In this document: positions 63,924 through 64,000 of the stretch, piece after piece
How the letters are laid out: each line of letters opens with the position of its first letter
How positions within the stretch are numbered: position 1 is the stretch's first letter
Source: Octopus sinensis
Taxonomy: Eukaryota
DNA length: 64,000 nt
Assembly (NCBI RefSeq): GCF_006345805.1
Contig: NC_043004.1
Coordinates: 102,858,001 to 102,922,000, forward strand
Reading direction: 5' to 3'
Made by a program: the position numbers and the translations under genes
Notes under the pieces: model-generated
What the model was told of the DNA's origin: nothing
Database searches by the model: none
Seen by the model: the letters and a program-made list of their open reading frames with translations, nothing else

Positions 63924-64000
63924 CTCTTTTACTCTTTTACTTGTTTCAGTCATTTGACTGCGGCCATGCTGGAGCACCGCCTTTAATCGAGCAACTCGAC
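63924..64000 (-). mobile_element. Family A SINE 3' end, running off the window
   Basis: actcttttacttgtttcagtcatttgactgcggccatgctggagcaccgcc. Confidence 0.8.

Overview
AT-rich, repeat-dense animal genomic DNA. The SINE, Helitron and microsatellite content suggests an octopus or related cephalopod (inference). One protein-coding gene is supported: a minus-strand ornithine decarboxylase (ODC) spanning about 41.5 kb. Eight coding exons (11004 down to 971) splice in frame with GT-AG ends; the C-terminal exon(s) lie off the left edge. The main result is its 5' leader. A non-AUG upstream ORF starts at AUU-CCG in a distal first exon (41383) and splices across a 17-kb intron into an exon ending NAEPPWDPS-stop (24376-24275). 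This 49-codon ORF is the polyamine-sensing uCC known from ODC/AZIN mRNAs, and the ORF track misses it. Inside that intron lies a candidate alternative exon (29162-28981). It carries a strong-context AUG in the uCC frame, blocked only by UGA-CUAG, the canonical readthrough context, which suggests a second, readthrough-gated route into the PPW stall (hypothesis). The rest is three SINE/LINE-tail families, RTE and R4/Dong LINE remnants, three Helitron-like elements, piggyBac-like MITEs, a Tigger relic, a minimal hammerhead ribozyme plus a decayed one, a 45-bp intronic hairpin, a SINE-mediated tandem duplication, satellites and a 100-N gap. Repeat ends are approximate and were read by eye.
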